The notes under the pieces are model-generated. The model did no database searches, had not been told where the DNA came from, and saw only the letters and a list, made by a program, of their open reading frames with translations. Made by a program: the position numbers and the translations under genes. Below, one piece after another: positions 24,804 through 35,342 of a stretch of 64,000 nt of DNA. Within the stretch, counting starts at the first letter, position 1. Every line of letters starts with the position of its first letter. This stretch comes from a virus (lineage: Duplodnaviria > Caudoviricetes), in the IMG/VR virus record IMGVR_UViG_3300020036_003693, positions 34-64,033 of that record. One strand, given 5' to 3'.

Positions 24804-27800
24804 TTCTCTTCCTCCTTGGGTGTGGAAGGTGCTTCCTCCTCATCCAGCAGTTCTGAGATAGTCTTCTGTTTCGCCTCCAGTATATCATTGATCTGATCCC
24901 GAAGTCTCTGCTTCGCATCTGGTGAGAGGGCCAGGTTCTTCACGCGACGGTAGAGTTTTCCCAGCTCCGGCAGCACCAGGAGCTGCTCCTCAGGACTCAT
25001 CCAGGATTGGTAGATTCGGAGAGCACCAAGTGGGTCCTGCTGCGTGAGCCGTGCGAATAAATTCTGCGTGCGTGTGGTGTCCACGCCCTTCTTGATGGCC
25101 TTGCGGTCTGCCCGGGTGATAGCCCCCTCATCCACAGCCTTGCTGATCTCCTCATCCAGCACATCCAGCACAGTTTCGTCTCCTAGCTGCACCGCCTGCT
25201 TCCACTGGTTCATATACTTCCGCTTGAGTTGTCCCCGCTCGAACTCCTTGTCACCCTTGCCGGTCTTGGGATAGGCATCCTTGAGAATATCCATCATTAC
25301 GTCCTCAGCAGTGGAGGCGTTGATGTACTGAGGCGCAGGGGTAGGTCCCAGGAAGGTAATGTACTTACCCAGTCCTGTCACGCCACGCTGCTCCAAGATG
25401 TCCTTGTTCCTGAAGAAGAAAGGCTTGAGCTGGTCGAGAGCGAAGTCTCCGAGCTGTGAAGCGGTAGAGTCGGTGGAGTTTGGGTCTATGATATAGCGAC
25501 CGTGGAAGTCCTTGTTGTGCCAGTACTCACTTATCATGCGGACACCTGAGGTGAGCTTGTGGCCGAAGATTTCAAGTTGATGCTCGGCTGCTGCCTTGGG
25601 TCTCCCCTCCAACACTCGCCCGAACACAGGATAGAGTTCCTTGGTGCCCAGGTTCGGTATGTACCATCTCTCAGGGTCCCCGTTCTGATCCTTACGGCCA
25701 GTCTTAAACGCGATGAAGTCCTTCAGAGCTTCCTCTCCACTGTCATCAACGAAGGGAATCTGTGCAGTGCCGGTGTTGTACTTCGTGGCAATCACCTGCG
25801 CGATGGTGTGCATCATTGGTAGCCCAATTGCCATACCTGCGATGTAGGCCATACGGTGGGTGAAGTCAGCACGTTCCCCAGGCGTGACTGCATCCTTGAG
25901 GAACTTCACGGTGTCGTGGATAGGCATATAGGCTGTGCGTTGCGCACCGAACTGGAACCCGAGCGCGTTTACCGTGGACATCATGATCTCCTTGACCGCT
26001 TTGTTCATGTGCAGGTTTCCGTAGTTCATCTGGCCGAGGGTATCAGAGACCACTGCTTCAACCTTGGCAGAGACGCGGCGCACGTCCTTGGCGTTGGCGC
26101 GGCTACCCAGGCGTGCGATCTCGTAGCCTTGCAGGTAGTACTGAACGCCTAGCTTCGCCCGGGGCACGAACTCCTGAAGCATCGGGCGCATCACTGCTTC
26201 GATCACCGCAAAGGGAACCTTCCCTCCAGCCTTGCCTACTTCCTTACCTACACTCCATATCTTGTTTATCTCAGGATTCTCATCCGCCATTATCTCCCAT
26301 ACGTTCTGAATGTTCTTGAGTATTCCCTCGATGGCCTTCCCCTGGAAATGCCCCTCCATTCGGGCTTGGGCTCCTCCCATCTGGGCAAAGCGGACACGCT
26401 GCTGGATTTCCGGGGACTGAGAACCTGGGCGATCCCACTCCCGCAGCATCTTGTTACCTTTCCACACCACCGCACCAATGCCCACCGGAGTGAACAACCC
26501 AGTAGCCAGGGCCTTGGCTCCTTCCTTCAGCACTCCCAGAGCTGGCTTGGTCTCCCCGTGGATCGCGTGCTGAGCCGCATCCACCACTGACTTCACCGAG
26601 ATCGCAGGGAGTCGCACCGCAGCGTCCGCGCTCACCAGGGCCATGTGGAATAACCCCACGAGTTGGAACTGAGTAGCGAACGTGGAGAACGCATTCCAGG
26701 CTTGGAACGCAGGGTAACGGTGTAGGGAAGGGGATAGGTGAGAGTTCACCAGGTCTGCTACCATCCTTGGGTACACTCGAACCTTGCCACTGTCCTCGTA
26801 GGCCACATCCCCATTGGACTTCTCTACCCGCTTGACTATGTTGCTTACCTTGTCGTTCAGCGGAGCATAAAACTCAGCCATCTCAGCAAGCTGACTCCTA
26901 TCTACTACCTTCTCCATCCCGTTCTTCTTCATGTACTGAAGCGTCTCGTTCATCTTGATGAACTTCCACATCTCCTCGTACTTGGCAACGAAGTTGTCCA
27001 CGAAGTTCTCGTTCTTTAGTTTCCAACCCAGCTTCTCCACACCGTAGCGCGTGCTCTCCACAGTGCGTCCCTTGAGGAAGGACTGGCTACCGAGGAAGGG
27101 AGCGCCACCTCGGGAGGTCTCGCCGGTCCCGTGGGAGATGTCACCAGGACGCTCCCAGAGGCGTGGGAAGTAGTGATCTTCTACTTCCTCCAGGGCGGTA
27201 GGGGAGATTTTCCGTATCTCATCTCGCATCTCGGAGAGCTTGGTTCGCATCTCTCCGATGAGGTTCTGGATGTCCTTGGGAACGCCGAGACGGGCCAGCA
27301 ACTGGGGCTCAGTCCCTTCGTCCAGGGCGAAGTTCATCTCCATGCGTAGCTTCTTGGAGTTGAGTTCGCTCATCCTATAATTATTTACGTTAAGGATACC
27401 TCCCGTGTTCTGGGGCTGCTTATGATAATAGGTAAACCCCTCTGCCCAGTTCCGTACCACCAGAAGCTGCGTCTTGACGTTATCCACGGTGCGTGCTACC
27501 TCGCTCTGTTTCATCGCCCAGAGGTCTCCGATCTCACGTGCCTGTGGAGAGCGACTGCCCAGGGAGAACCACTTGCGGAACCCATCCACCGCGCCGAAGC
27601 TGATCTTGTGCGCACCATCAAGGACCTTGCCAAGCTGGTAGCCACCAGGGAGTTGCGTGAGGCGGTTTAGCACGGGGCTCTCTCGGTAGAGCCGCAAGTA
27701 GCGGAAGGTGTCCTTGACCAGTTCCATCATGTTCGTGCGTGCTGCATCCCCAAAGAGAGCAATTGCTTTCTCAGAGAAGTGCTTCCCGAAGTTATAGATT

Positions 27801-30800
27801 CCGTTCTCCACTTCGTAGGCCATTACCACGGACATCGCACGGAGCTGCTTGGGAGAGACTCCCAGGTTCATCTCACGGAGAGACTCCCTGATTTCTTTCT
27901 TCGCAGCCAGGTACGTATCAGTGGAGACAATCCGATTCGCTCGGGTGAGTGACTCCACGCGAGAGGCGAGTTCCTCTGGGGTTATGTCCAGGCCCCGGAG
28001 CCAGTCTTCTGGGTTTAGAGTTCGGTCATCCAGCACCACTGGTTGCTTGGGCCCGCTGGATTGTTTCTTCACACCAGCCAGCTTCTCAGCAGCCCGGTTG
28101 TTCACCAGCAGCCGATCCACTGCGCCTACCAAGTCATCTATCTTCACCTCAGGCTCGGCTGCACGGGCCAGGTCCGGGAAGCTCACCACAGGTTCCTTCA
28201 CTACCTCTGCTTGCTTGATCGCCAGAGCTTCCTCAGCGGTAAGTCCCATCGTCTTGCTGGTGGCATCCTTAGGACGCATCTCACCTAGCATCTTCTGCGC
28301 CTGCCCAGGGGTCTGAGCACCCAGCTTCTTCATCCCACTCAGCAAATGAGATAGCTCCATAGCCAGTTGCTTGCTTTCGATATTCCTGTCAAGGACCCCC
28401 TTCACCGGAAGAATATCCGGGGTAGCCAGCCCCAGCGAGTCATAGATTGCACGAAGACTCTCAGGGGAACGAGCTGCCAGGTCCGAGATGGACTGGTTCC
28501 GCACCGCCAGCTTTGCCTGCACTCCACGCATAGCCTGCCCGAGTGAACCCACTCGCTCAGCCGCCTGCGCAGTGAAATGATCCCAGAGACCCGCCACCAT
28601 GGGACCATACTCTTCACCAAGTTGCTCAACTACCTCAGCAGCGAACTTCGCATACCGCATCCCAGGCTTGTAGATGTGGTCATAGGCATATACAAGTGCC
28701 ATGTCGTATAGGGTCTGCCCGCCGAGCGCAGTGAGGGTAGTTCCTTTTAGGTTGTTCCGGGCTTCGGTGATCCAGCTTGGTTCATCTACCCGCGCCTCAG
28801 TCATCTGTAGAAGCTGCTGCTCGATCTGGGCTACCTGCTCTGGATTCCTTGGGTCCCTCCAGCCAAATATCTCCTGCTCCCTGGGGGATAGGTTCGCGTC
28901 CATAAGCTGAGTCTCGTACTTGCTCGGATCAGCTTTCACCTGCTCCACGCGCAAGCTCTGGTCCCCTACTTCAGCACGCAGTTTGCGAATCGCATCTACA
29001 TAGACTTCCTCGTAGCCTCTGGCCTTCTCCAACCGCGCTGCCTCGAACTTCCGTGTCTGCTCCGGGGTAGCAACTACTCGGGCTTCTGCTTCCGGTGCCA
29101 GTCGTGAGTAGAGAGCCTTCTGGAGAAGTGCTTTGCTCTTGAGCAGGCCAACATCTATGCCCTCCTCCTGTAGCTGAGTGCGCAGTTCCTCCACCGGGAG
29201 CTGACGGATCATCTGCCAGAGGGGGTTGTTCTCTGGATCAGGAATCTGCAACGAGGGGAGATTCCCAAGCTGCTCCCGGGCTTGCTGCTTTTGCTCACGG
29301 CGTGAGAGTAGCTCACGTACCAGAGACCTAACTCCAAAGAGGTTCGTGCCCGGGTTCACCGGGACGCTGCCATCTCCTGTGGGGATCGCTGCTCGGGCTT
29401 CCTGGCTAGGTTCTGGGAGACCGAGTTCCTGTGCCAGTGCGGATGGCTGATACGGTGGTTCCTCCTGCGAGAGCGGCTCAGGAGTATTCTGCTGCTCCTG
29501 CAACAACCGTTCCTTCTCTCTCAGCATCTCAGAGAATGCCTTCCCCTTCCCTTCCTTCGGCACCTTCACAGTCCACCCGCGCTCTTTCGCCTGGGAGTCC
29601 ACCTTGCTGCGCTTTCCCCTGCCTGCCTGGTTCTCACTGAGACGCTTGGGCAGCGGCACAACCTGGGTGTCCGGCTCAAGCTGCTGCTTCTCCTGCCAAG
29701 TCAGCTTGCCGTACTCGGTTGTGCGCTTGTAGAGTTCTAGCTGCGCATTGTAGTCCGCCCAATCCTCACGGAGCTGCGGGACTTCTCTCTTGGCTTCCCC
29801 AATGGGTACACTGCCCAGGTCCTCACCTGCGGGTGGGCGCTCGAAGTCACGATCCGGGCGGAATGGAACCTGGAGCTTGGGTTCTGTGGGTGGGGCTGCT
29901 GGCGCGGGCATCTCATACTGTCCAGGTGGGAGCAGCTTTGGTCCCTCAGCGCCGACCTGATTCACTGCCCGGTCTCGCAGGTTAGCAGGTGAGCTTGTTG
30001 ACGTGTCTGTGATCCCCTGGTAGATACGAGCCTGCCGCTCCGGGTCAGGAGAGATTGGATTCTTGTTGAGCAGGAAATCCAGATCAGCGATCTCCTGCTT
30101 TACTAGCTGTTGGTACTCTGGGGGTAGCTCGGAGAACTCAGGACGCCGGGCGAACCCGGAGAGATTCTGGAGGTGTCGCTCCGCTTGCGCACGGGGGACA
30201 AATAGTTGGTTCCGGCCTCCGCTTGGGACCAGGATGTCCTTGCGGAGCTGCACAATCTCCTCGGTTATCTCACGTTTGGCGCGGCTCGGCAGGTTGCGGA
30301 ACTCCTTGGAGTTCTTGAAGTCCAACAGAGTAGATAGACGTGCCTGAGCTCCAGCGCGATCAGTTGTTCCTACTCGGGGCCCCCCTCCCTGAACTGGCTG
30401 AGCTGCCGCAGGCTCTGGGAACAACAACGGCTGTGTCTGGAGTTTCTCCCCAGTGAAATCCGGGATCACCAGAGTCCGCTCCAGAGTATATGTCCCAGGA
30501 GAGGTAACTGTTTCAATATTCGCAGCCAACCCAGCCGGTTCATACTTCCCGATACGGTACACATGCCCAGGGTTGTCCAGGTCTTCTACTTTCCACCAAG
30601 CCTTCCCGTCCTCAAGTATCCGATATGTCTTGCCGAACTGGAACGGAGTCTCCATGAGCTGATCGGTGCGCTCGATGCCTGCCCATTTGGTGATCACGGG
30701 CAGCTTGTTCTCAGTGGTGGCCTCCATCAGCGGGAACTTGCTGGAGTGCAGGTCCAGGATCGCGGTGATCAGGTCTCCTCGGTCGGTAGGCAGGTTGTGG

Positions 30801-32599
30801 TCCAGGCCCCCGGCGAGGATGTAGGCTTCGGAGAGCTCACTGTCGGTAAGGCTACCCAGCCCTTTCGCTACGTAGGCCCGGGCTTTCTGTCCACCGATGA
30901 TCGCGTCGAAGAGAGGGATTTGCTCCCCAGGTGCGTACTGGAACTCTATCGGGGTCTCGCCCGGGCGGGAGAGGTTTACCTTATATTGGTCTGGGTAGCG
31001 ATTCTCGTAGATCGGAAATGTCTCCCCGAGTTGGATTGGTCCGCCTTCTGGTGCAGGACCCAGCAACCCCGCAGGCTGGAATGGCGCGGGCTCAGGCTTG
31101 GGCTGCTGTGGCTTCAGCACTCGGTGCATCGCCATTGGGATCAGCCCACCCACCAGGGTGTTAGCAAGTGTTTGCTGGAAGGTAGCCTCGGGGGCCAGTC
31201 CAAGCTCCTCCAGTATCTTTTGCCCGCCATAGGTGCCAAATGCACCCAGTCCACCCATTGAGCCGTACTCTATTACTCTGGGCAAGTATATCCCACGTGC
31301 CGCAAGCCCTGCTCTGGCCACATTAGCTGCGGTGAAACTACCCAGCATGGCTATGTTGATAAGTTGGTGTGCTGCCTGTTCACTGAGCGGCTTGTCGAAA
31401 TGCTGAATAGCCACGTCTGCCTGGACTCCTAGCATCGAACCGACTGCTGCCCCAATAGGACTTAACTGGGTCATTGTGGAGGCTCCAGTACCCAAGGCAT
31501 TTCCCAGTGCAAACTGCCCGGTGTACATGGCAGGGATACTACGTCCCAGCATGGACACCACACCCGGAGCTATCTGGATCACGGCATCCATGTTGGATTG
31601 GTTCTTCAGGAACTCCTGGAACTTTGGATCAGAGAGGACTTGCCCGTGGGCCTGCTTTATATCTGCCATACCTGGAAGGATGTTAGTGTCCTTTACCTGC
31701 TGCGGGTCCTTCCAATGAACCATTGAGAGCAGGTTAGCCAGATACTGGTTCCCACCCTCCAACATCTCGTAGGTACCAATCTTCGCGGAAAGAGACTTGC
31801 GGGTTGCTTCCACCCGAGCAACTTCTTCTGGCGTTATGTCGTGGATGCTGTCGTCAACCCGCTGCTGTTCAGCTACCAGCCGCTTGGCCATGTCGTTGAA
31901 GCTGGCGATTCCGCCTTCAGCTAGTGCCTGACGCAACATCACCGTGCTGCTCTTTTGGTTTACAGATACGCTGGGCTGCTTGTTTGCACGTGCGTAAGCT
32001 ACGTTCTGCTTGTCGTACTGACCCACGATCTTGAGATGATCCAGGTCTGGTACAGGTAGTCCTGCTTGGGTGTAGAGTTCGCCTAGTTCTCCAATAGAGA
32101 GTCCCCAGGTGCCTCTGGTGACAACATCAGCGAACTCCATGTCGGATGCCTTGGCCGGGTCCATATCCTTGAATAGGTCTATCGAGAGGGGAACCTCGCC
32201 TGCATCCGTGCGGAAGGCGGACTGGCCTACCTGAACTTTGCCAGAGGTAGGCTGGGTTGCGAGCTGGAGCTGCTTTTGCAGAGCGGACATTGGCTGGAGG
32301 CTTGGGGAGACTGCTTGTTGGATTGGGGAGGTGATCTCCGAGAGGTCCACCATGTCCTGGTAGACTGGGTATTTTCTGATCACACGCCGGGCCAGATCGT
32401 CATCAGAGAGATCGTCATAGGCCATTGGATGGCGGGATTTGATGAGCTGTGCAAAGTCCTTCAGAGACTTCTTCGGGTTAGGGATAGGGGGATCGCCCTG
32501 GTTGGACTCACCTTCCTGGGGCAAAGCCGTAACCTGAGGGGTTGCTACCGGTTTGCTTACTGGGTCTTGATCTTCAATTACGGATTCCAAGGGGATCAT
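24800..32599 (-). CDS. giant internal virion/ejection protein (large polyvalent-type, LPD38-like C-terminus)
   Basis: 2599 aa, helical; N-terminal YDDLSDDDLARRVIRKYPVY, HYFPRLW, C-terminal NKDFHGRYI; position after the pilot proteins. Confidence 0.7.
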   Translation of the reverse strand: MIPLESVIEDQDPVSKPVATPQVTALPQEGESNQGDPPIPNPKKSLKDFAQLIKSRHPMAYDDLSDDDLARRVIRKYPVYQDMVDLSEITSPIQQAVSPSLQPMSALQKQLQLATQPTSGKVQVGQSAFRTDAGEVPLSIDLFKDMDPAKASDMEFADVVTRGTWGLSIGELGELYTQAGLPVPDLDHLKIVGQYDKQNVAYARANKQPSVSVNQKSSTVMLRQALAEGGIASFNDMAKRLVAEQQRVDDSIHDITPEEVARVEATRKSLSAKIGTYEMLEGGNQYLANLLSMVHWKDPQQVKDTNILPGMADIKQAHGQVLSDPKFQEFLKNQSNMDAVIQIAPGVVSMLGRSIPAMYTGQFALGNALGTGASTMTQLSPIGAAVGSMLGVQADVAIQHFDKPLSEQAAHQLINIAMLGSFTAANVARAGLAARGIYLPRVIEYGSMGGLGAFGTYGGQKILEELGLAPEATFQQTLANTLVGGLIPMAMHRVLKPQQPKPEPAPFQPAGLLGPAPEGGPIQLGETFPIYENRYPDQYKVNLSRPGETPIEFQYAPGEQIPLFDAIIGGQKARAYVAKGLGSLTDSELSEAYILAGGLDHNLPTDRGDLITAILDLHSSKFPLMEATTENKLPVITKWAGIERTDQLMETPFQFGKTYRILEDGKAWWKVEDLDNPGHVYRIGKYEPAGLAANIETVTSPGTYTLERTLVIPDFTGEKLQTQPLLFPEPAAAQPVQGGGPRVGTTDRAGAQARLSTLLDFKNSKEFRNLPSRAKREITEEIVQLRKDILVPSGGRNQLFVPRAQAERHLQNLSGFARRPEFSELPPEYQQLVKQEIADLDFLLNKNPISPDPERQARIYQGITDTSTSSPANLRDRAVNQVGAEGPKLLPPGQYEMPAPAAPPTEPKLQVPFRPDRDFERPPAGEDLGSVPIGEAKREVPQLREDWADYNAQLELYKRTTEYGKLTWQEKQQLEPDTQVVPLPKRLSENQAGRGKRSKVDSQAKERGWTVKVPKEGKGKAFSEMLREKERLLQEQQNTPEPLSQEEPPYQPSALAQELGLPEPSQEARAAIPTGDGSVPVNPGTNLFGVRSLVRELLSRREQKQQAREQLGNLPSLQIPDPENNPLWQMIRQLPVEELRTQLQEEGIDVGLLKSKALLQKALYSRLAPEAEARVVATPEQTRKFEAARLEKARGYEEVYVDAIRKLRAEVGDQSLRVEQVKADPSKYETQLMDANLSPREQEIFGWRDPRNPEQVAQIEQQLLQMTEARVDEPSWITEARNNLKGTTLTALGGQTLYDMALVYAYDHIYKPGMRYAKFAAEVVEQLGEEYGPMVAGLWDHFTAQAAERVGSLGQAMRGVQAKLAVRNQSISDLAARSPESLRAIYDSLGLATPDILPVKGVLDRNIESKQLAMELSHLLSGMKKLGAQTPGQAQKMLGEMRPKDATSKTMGLTAEEALAIKQAEVVKEPVVSFPDLARAAEPEVKIDDLVGAVDRLLVNNRAAEKLAGVKKQSSGPKQPVVLDDRTLNPEDWLRGLDITPEELASRVESLTRANRIVSTDTYLAAKKEIRESLREMNLGVSPKQLRAMSVVMAYEVENGIYNFGKHFSEKAIALFGDAARTNMMELVKDTFRYLRLYRESPVLNRLTQLPGGYQLGKVLDGAHKISFGAVDGFRKWFSLGSRSPQAREIGDLWAMKQSEVARTVDNVKTQLLVVRNWAEGFTYYHKQPQNTGGILNVNNYRMSELNSKKLRMEMNFALDEGTEPQLLARLGVPKDIQNLIGEMRTKLSEMRDEIRKISPTALEEVEDHYFPRLWERPGDISHGTGETSRGGAPFLGSQSFLKGRTVESTRYGVEKLGWKLKNENFVDNFVAKYEEMWKFIKMNETLQYMKKNGMEKVVDRSQLAEMAEFYAPLNDKVSNIVKRVEKSNGDVAYEDSGKVRVYPRMVADLVNSHLSPSLHRYPAFQAWNAFSTFATQFQLVGLFHMALVSADAAVRLPAISVKSVVDAAQHAIHGETKPALGVLKEGAKALATGLFTPVGIGAVVWKGNKMLREWDRPGSQSPEIQQRVRFAQMGGAQARMEGHFQGKAIEGILKNIQNVWEIMADENPEINKIWSVGKEVGKAGGKVPFAVIEAVMRPMLQEFVPRAKLGVQYYLQGYEIARLGSRANAKDVRRVSAKVEAVVSDTLGQMNYGNLHMNKAVKEIMMSTVNALGFQFGAQRTAYMPIHDTVKFLKDAVTPGERADFTHRMAYIAGMAIGLPMMHTIAQVIATKYNTGTAQIPFVDDSGEEALKDFIAFKTGRKDQNGDPERWYIPNLGTKELYPVFGRVLEGRPKAAAEHQLEIFGHKLTSGVRMISEYWHNKDFHGRYIIDPNSTDSTASQLGDFALDQLKPFFFRNKDILEQRGVTGLGKYITFLGPTPAPQYINASTAEDVMMDILKDAYPKTGKGDKEFERGQLKRKYMNQWKQAVQLGDETVLDVLDEEISKAVDEGAITRADRKAIKKGVDTTRTQNLFARLTQQDPLGALRIYQSWMSPEEQLLVLPELGKLYRRVKNLALSPDAKQRLRDQINDILEAKQKTISELLDEEEAPSTPKEEEK

Positions 32600-33830
32600 T
32601 CGGGTTGGTTCCTACTGGCCCCGAGCTACCACTGGGGATGCGGCCTCCCCGGGCTCCCGTGGGCGAAGTGGCCTGAGGGTTCAGGCGTTGTTGTGGTTTC
32701 AGTATTCGTTGGCGGACAGCATCACGTTGCCGGATCAGACCAGGTAACTGCTCTTTTGCTTCTTTGACACTCTTACGGTCATGGTCATCAGGGTTGTCCA
32801 CAATCTTCTGTAGACGCTTGATGTCATCATTGACAGTCTGAAGCAGTGCGTTGTTCGTGCGCAGCTCATCCGCCGTGACTATACTAGGGTCAGTCTTGGT
32901 CTCCACGCCCACCTGGGTAGCCTGGGTCTGCGCTTGTATCTGTGGAATGCGGACCTTGTTCACCTCGGTAGCGGACTTGTTCAGCTCAGTCCGTGAGGTA
33001 GTCTGGCCCATCTTGGCTTCGCTCTCACCGAGAACCATCTTCCCAGCTTCGCCATAGTAGAGGGCTTGTACCTCTGGGGACAGCGCATCAAACTGCTCAG
33101 GCCCCGCTCCGTAGAGGGCAACTGCCTTGTCGTAGTAGCCCTTGCTCACCGCTGCGCGCTTTGCCTGCTCAGCTCGTTGTGCCCGCTTCTCCGCGTTCAG
33201 CTCCGAGACAGTCTTGGCCTTCCCCAGGTTCAGCCGCTTGGATTTCCCGGATGCAGCATCTATCTGCATCAGGTACTTCTCGCCAGTTTCCTCGTCCTGG
33301 AACACCTCATTCACATCTCGCCACTTCCCTGGGTCCTGGAACTGGAACCTGCCTGTGTTGTCAACCGGGGGCGGGATAGAAGCCCCGGCTCCACCACCTG
33401 GCAGGGCTCCTGGTGCTCCTATCCCGAAACTCATGCCCTCTCCTGGGGGTGCCATGCTTGGCTGGGCTTGTTGCTGGGGGAGTTTGTCCTGGAACAACCG
33501 GTACATCTCGGTGATCATGCTGTCCGCTTTGTGCGGAGCCAGGATTTTATCTGACCAGTGCTTGTCTCCGGCTTGCTGGAGGTCCATCAGCAACTTCAGC
33601 TTCATCGGCGCATTGGTCTCGGTGTCAGGGATACTCTGGACCATCTTGAGGAGTTGGTCCCGAGTGGACTGCACCCGGCCCCGGGTTGCTGCGTTTGCCT
33701 GGACGGCGTAGTCATTGAGACCGGCAGCGAAGCCGCTCCAGCCACTCTCGTAGCGAGCTTCACCTCGGGCTGGGTCCCCGCTGGGACGTTGGATACCGAG
33801 TTGGTTGTAGTAATCTGTTGTGTCTGGCAT
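32574..33830 (-). CDS. internal virion (ejection) protein
   Basis: 418 aa Q/A/G-rich helical protein ending NDPLGIR; located in the ejection cluster. Confidence 0.65.
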   Translation of the reverse strand: MPDTTDYYNQLGIQRPSGDPARGEARYESGWSGFAAGLNDYAVQANAATRGRVQSTRDQLLKMVQSIPDTETNAPMKLKLLMDLQQAGDKHWSDKILAPHKADSMITEMYRLFQDKLPQQQAQPSMAPPGEGMSFGIGAPGALPGGGAGASIPPPVDNTGRFQFQDPGKWRDVNEVFQDEETGEKYLMQIDAASGKSKRLNLGKAKTVSELNAEKRAQRAEQAKRAAVSKGYYDKAVALYGAGPEQFDALSPEVQALYYGEAGKMVLGESEAKMGQTTSRTELNKSATEVNKVRIPQIQAQTQATQVGVETKTDPSIVTADELRTNNALLQTVNDDIKRLQKIVDNPDDHDRKSVKEAKEQLPGLIRQRDAVRQRILKPQQRLNPQATSPTGARGGRIPSGSSGPVGTNPNDPLGIRN

Positions 33831-33847
33831 AACGTACTAGCCTCTCC

Positions 33848-34579
33848 CTAGTCCATGTTGAAGTCGCCAATGCTCATGTTATAGCCTCCGCCACTGCCTC
33901 CACCCTTCTTGAATATCTGTTGAAGCACAGGCCCCAGGAGCTGGCCAAGCTGATACGCGCTCTGCCCAGTGCCTGCCTGGGTGTTACTCTGCTGCCCGGT
34001 GATGGAGTTCATCACGGTAGCGGAGCGGGAGGTAGCAGAGTTTCCGAACTGTAGCCCGGCATTGGTGTTCTGTCCTGCGGCCTGGTTGAGCTGACCAACG
34101 GCTTGACCTCGTGCAGTGGCGGTTGCGTTGAGTTGCTGGCCTGCCTTGGCAAAGTCGAACTCCATCCCGGCAGCGCCGCGACCGCCGCCCCGGGGTGCGA
34201 ACTGCGAGACATTCTGGAGCACCTGCTCGTAGGACTTGGAGATGCCTTCGCGCTGGGGGCCCACGAGCGCATTGAATGCCGTGGCGTCGTTACTGGAGAG
34301 AACCCCCCGGAGATATTTGTCTACACCTTGGGATTGGTCTATGCCGAGCTGCCGGAACAGTCTGGACATATCCATGTCCTCCCCGCTCCAGTTGATCAGG
34401 TTATCCTTGACTGGGCCCCAGGTGCCTTCCATGTTCTTTTGCAGAGAGGACTTCCCTCCTGTGAACAAGCCAACTAGACCTCCGATTCCTGCTCCGATAG
34501 CTGTTCCCCAGGGACCGGCAAAGCTGCCGATCTGGGCTCCTGCTGCTGCTCCCCCGAGTGCTCCACTTGCGCTTGGCAT
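33848..34579 (-). CDS. internal virion pilot/ejection protein with glycine zipper
   Basis: GALGGAAAGAQIGSFAGPWGTAIGAGIGGLVGLF followed by a Q/N/A-rich body. Confidence 0.75.
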   Translation of the reverse strand: MPSASGALGGAAAGAQIGSFAGPWGTAIGAGIGGLVGLFTGGKSSLQKNMEGTWGPVKDNLINWSGEDMDMSRLFRQLGIDQSQGVDKYLRGVLSSNDATAFNALVGPQREGISKSYEQVLQNVSQFAPRGGGRGAAGMEFDFAKAGQQLNATATARGQAVGQLNQAAGQNTNAGLQFGNSATSRSATVMNSITGQQSNTQAGTGQSAYQLGQLLGPVLQQIFKKGGGSGGGYNMSIGDFNMD

Positions 34580-34586
34580 GATGTTT

Positions 34587-34612
34587 ATCTCCTAGCTATC
34601 TCCTAGCTATCT
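34587..34612. repeat. 11-bp tandem duplication containing the SD of the pilot gene
   Basis: atctcctagct x2 + atct. Confidence 0.75.
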
Positions 34613-34977
34613 TATATCCAAACTGCTCCACCCTCAGCCGGATTGGTACAGGTGAAGAGAACCCCGCTGGAGGTGTTGATCCAGCGGGAGAAGTAACCAT
34701 AGCCCTGGCTGGCGTCATCGTTTGCTGTAGGGTCACGGTCCAGGTAGGTGTTGCGGGCCTGGGCTGCCCCATCCACACCGAGCTTGGTAAGTGCTGCCTG
34801 GCCGTTCTTCTCCAGCCATACACCAGGGTCTACCTGGGATGGAGCAGAGGCTATTCCCGCAGCGAGCTGCTGTGAACGAGCGTCCAGATTGGTAAGGTCT
34901 TCGATCAGGCCCCGCAGCAGCTTGAGTAGCTGCCGCTCGTCCTGGACTTGGTTCATTGTCGGAGTAGGTCTGGCCAT
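34612..34977 (-). CDS. hypothetical virion-associated protein
   Basis: 121 aa; C-terminal WINTSSGVLFTCT...W fibre-like motif. Confidence 0.6.
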   Translation of the reverse strand: MARPTPTMNQVQDERQLLKLLRGLIEDLTNLDARSQQLAAGIASAPSQVDPGVWLEKNGQAALTKLGVDGAAQARNTYLDRDPTANDDASQGYGYFSRWINTSSGVLFTCTNPAEGGAVWI

Positions 34978-34998
34978 AGGGTGATGCTCCTTGGTGGA

Positions 34999-35325
34999 TT
35001 AGATCGTGGTGATCTCAACGCTCACCAGGGTGCCTGCACCGGCACCGACCAGCCAATAGTCGCTCAGGTTGAGCGAGTCCACGTGTGCGTCGGAGACAAA
35101 GGCCCCCTCACCGTTCTGCATCTTCAGACCGTAGTTGGTGCTGGAGACACTCTGGTTGTCGCCTCGGTAGACCGTGCCATTGTCACACTTCATCTGGATA
35201 GCTCGGCACTGGTCATTGAGCAGTAGGCCGAAGTTCTGGGAGGCGATCCCAGGCGTGATCCCACGGAGGGCTGCGAGCAGGTTCACCGGGGTAGTGCCGA
35301 TTGTGAGCAGAGCTGATTTTGTCAT
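34999..35325 (-). CDS. small beta-rich virion protein
   Basis: 108 aa; YGLKMQNGEG motif; tail-region context. Confidence 0.6.
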   Translation of the reverse strand: MTKSALLTIGTTPVNLLAALRGITPGIASQNFGLLLNDQCRAIQMKCDNGTVYRGDNQSVSSTNYGLKMQNGEGAFVSDAHVDSLNLSDYWLVGAGAGTLVSVEITTI

Positions 35326-35342
35326 AGTGGTTGTTCTCTGTG

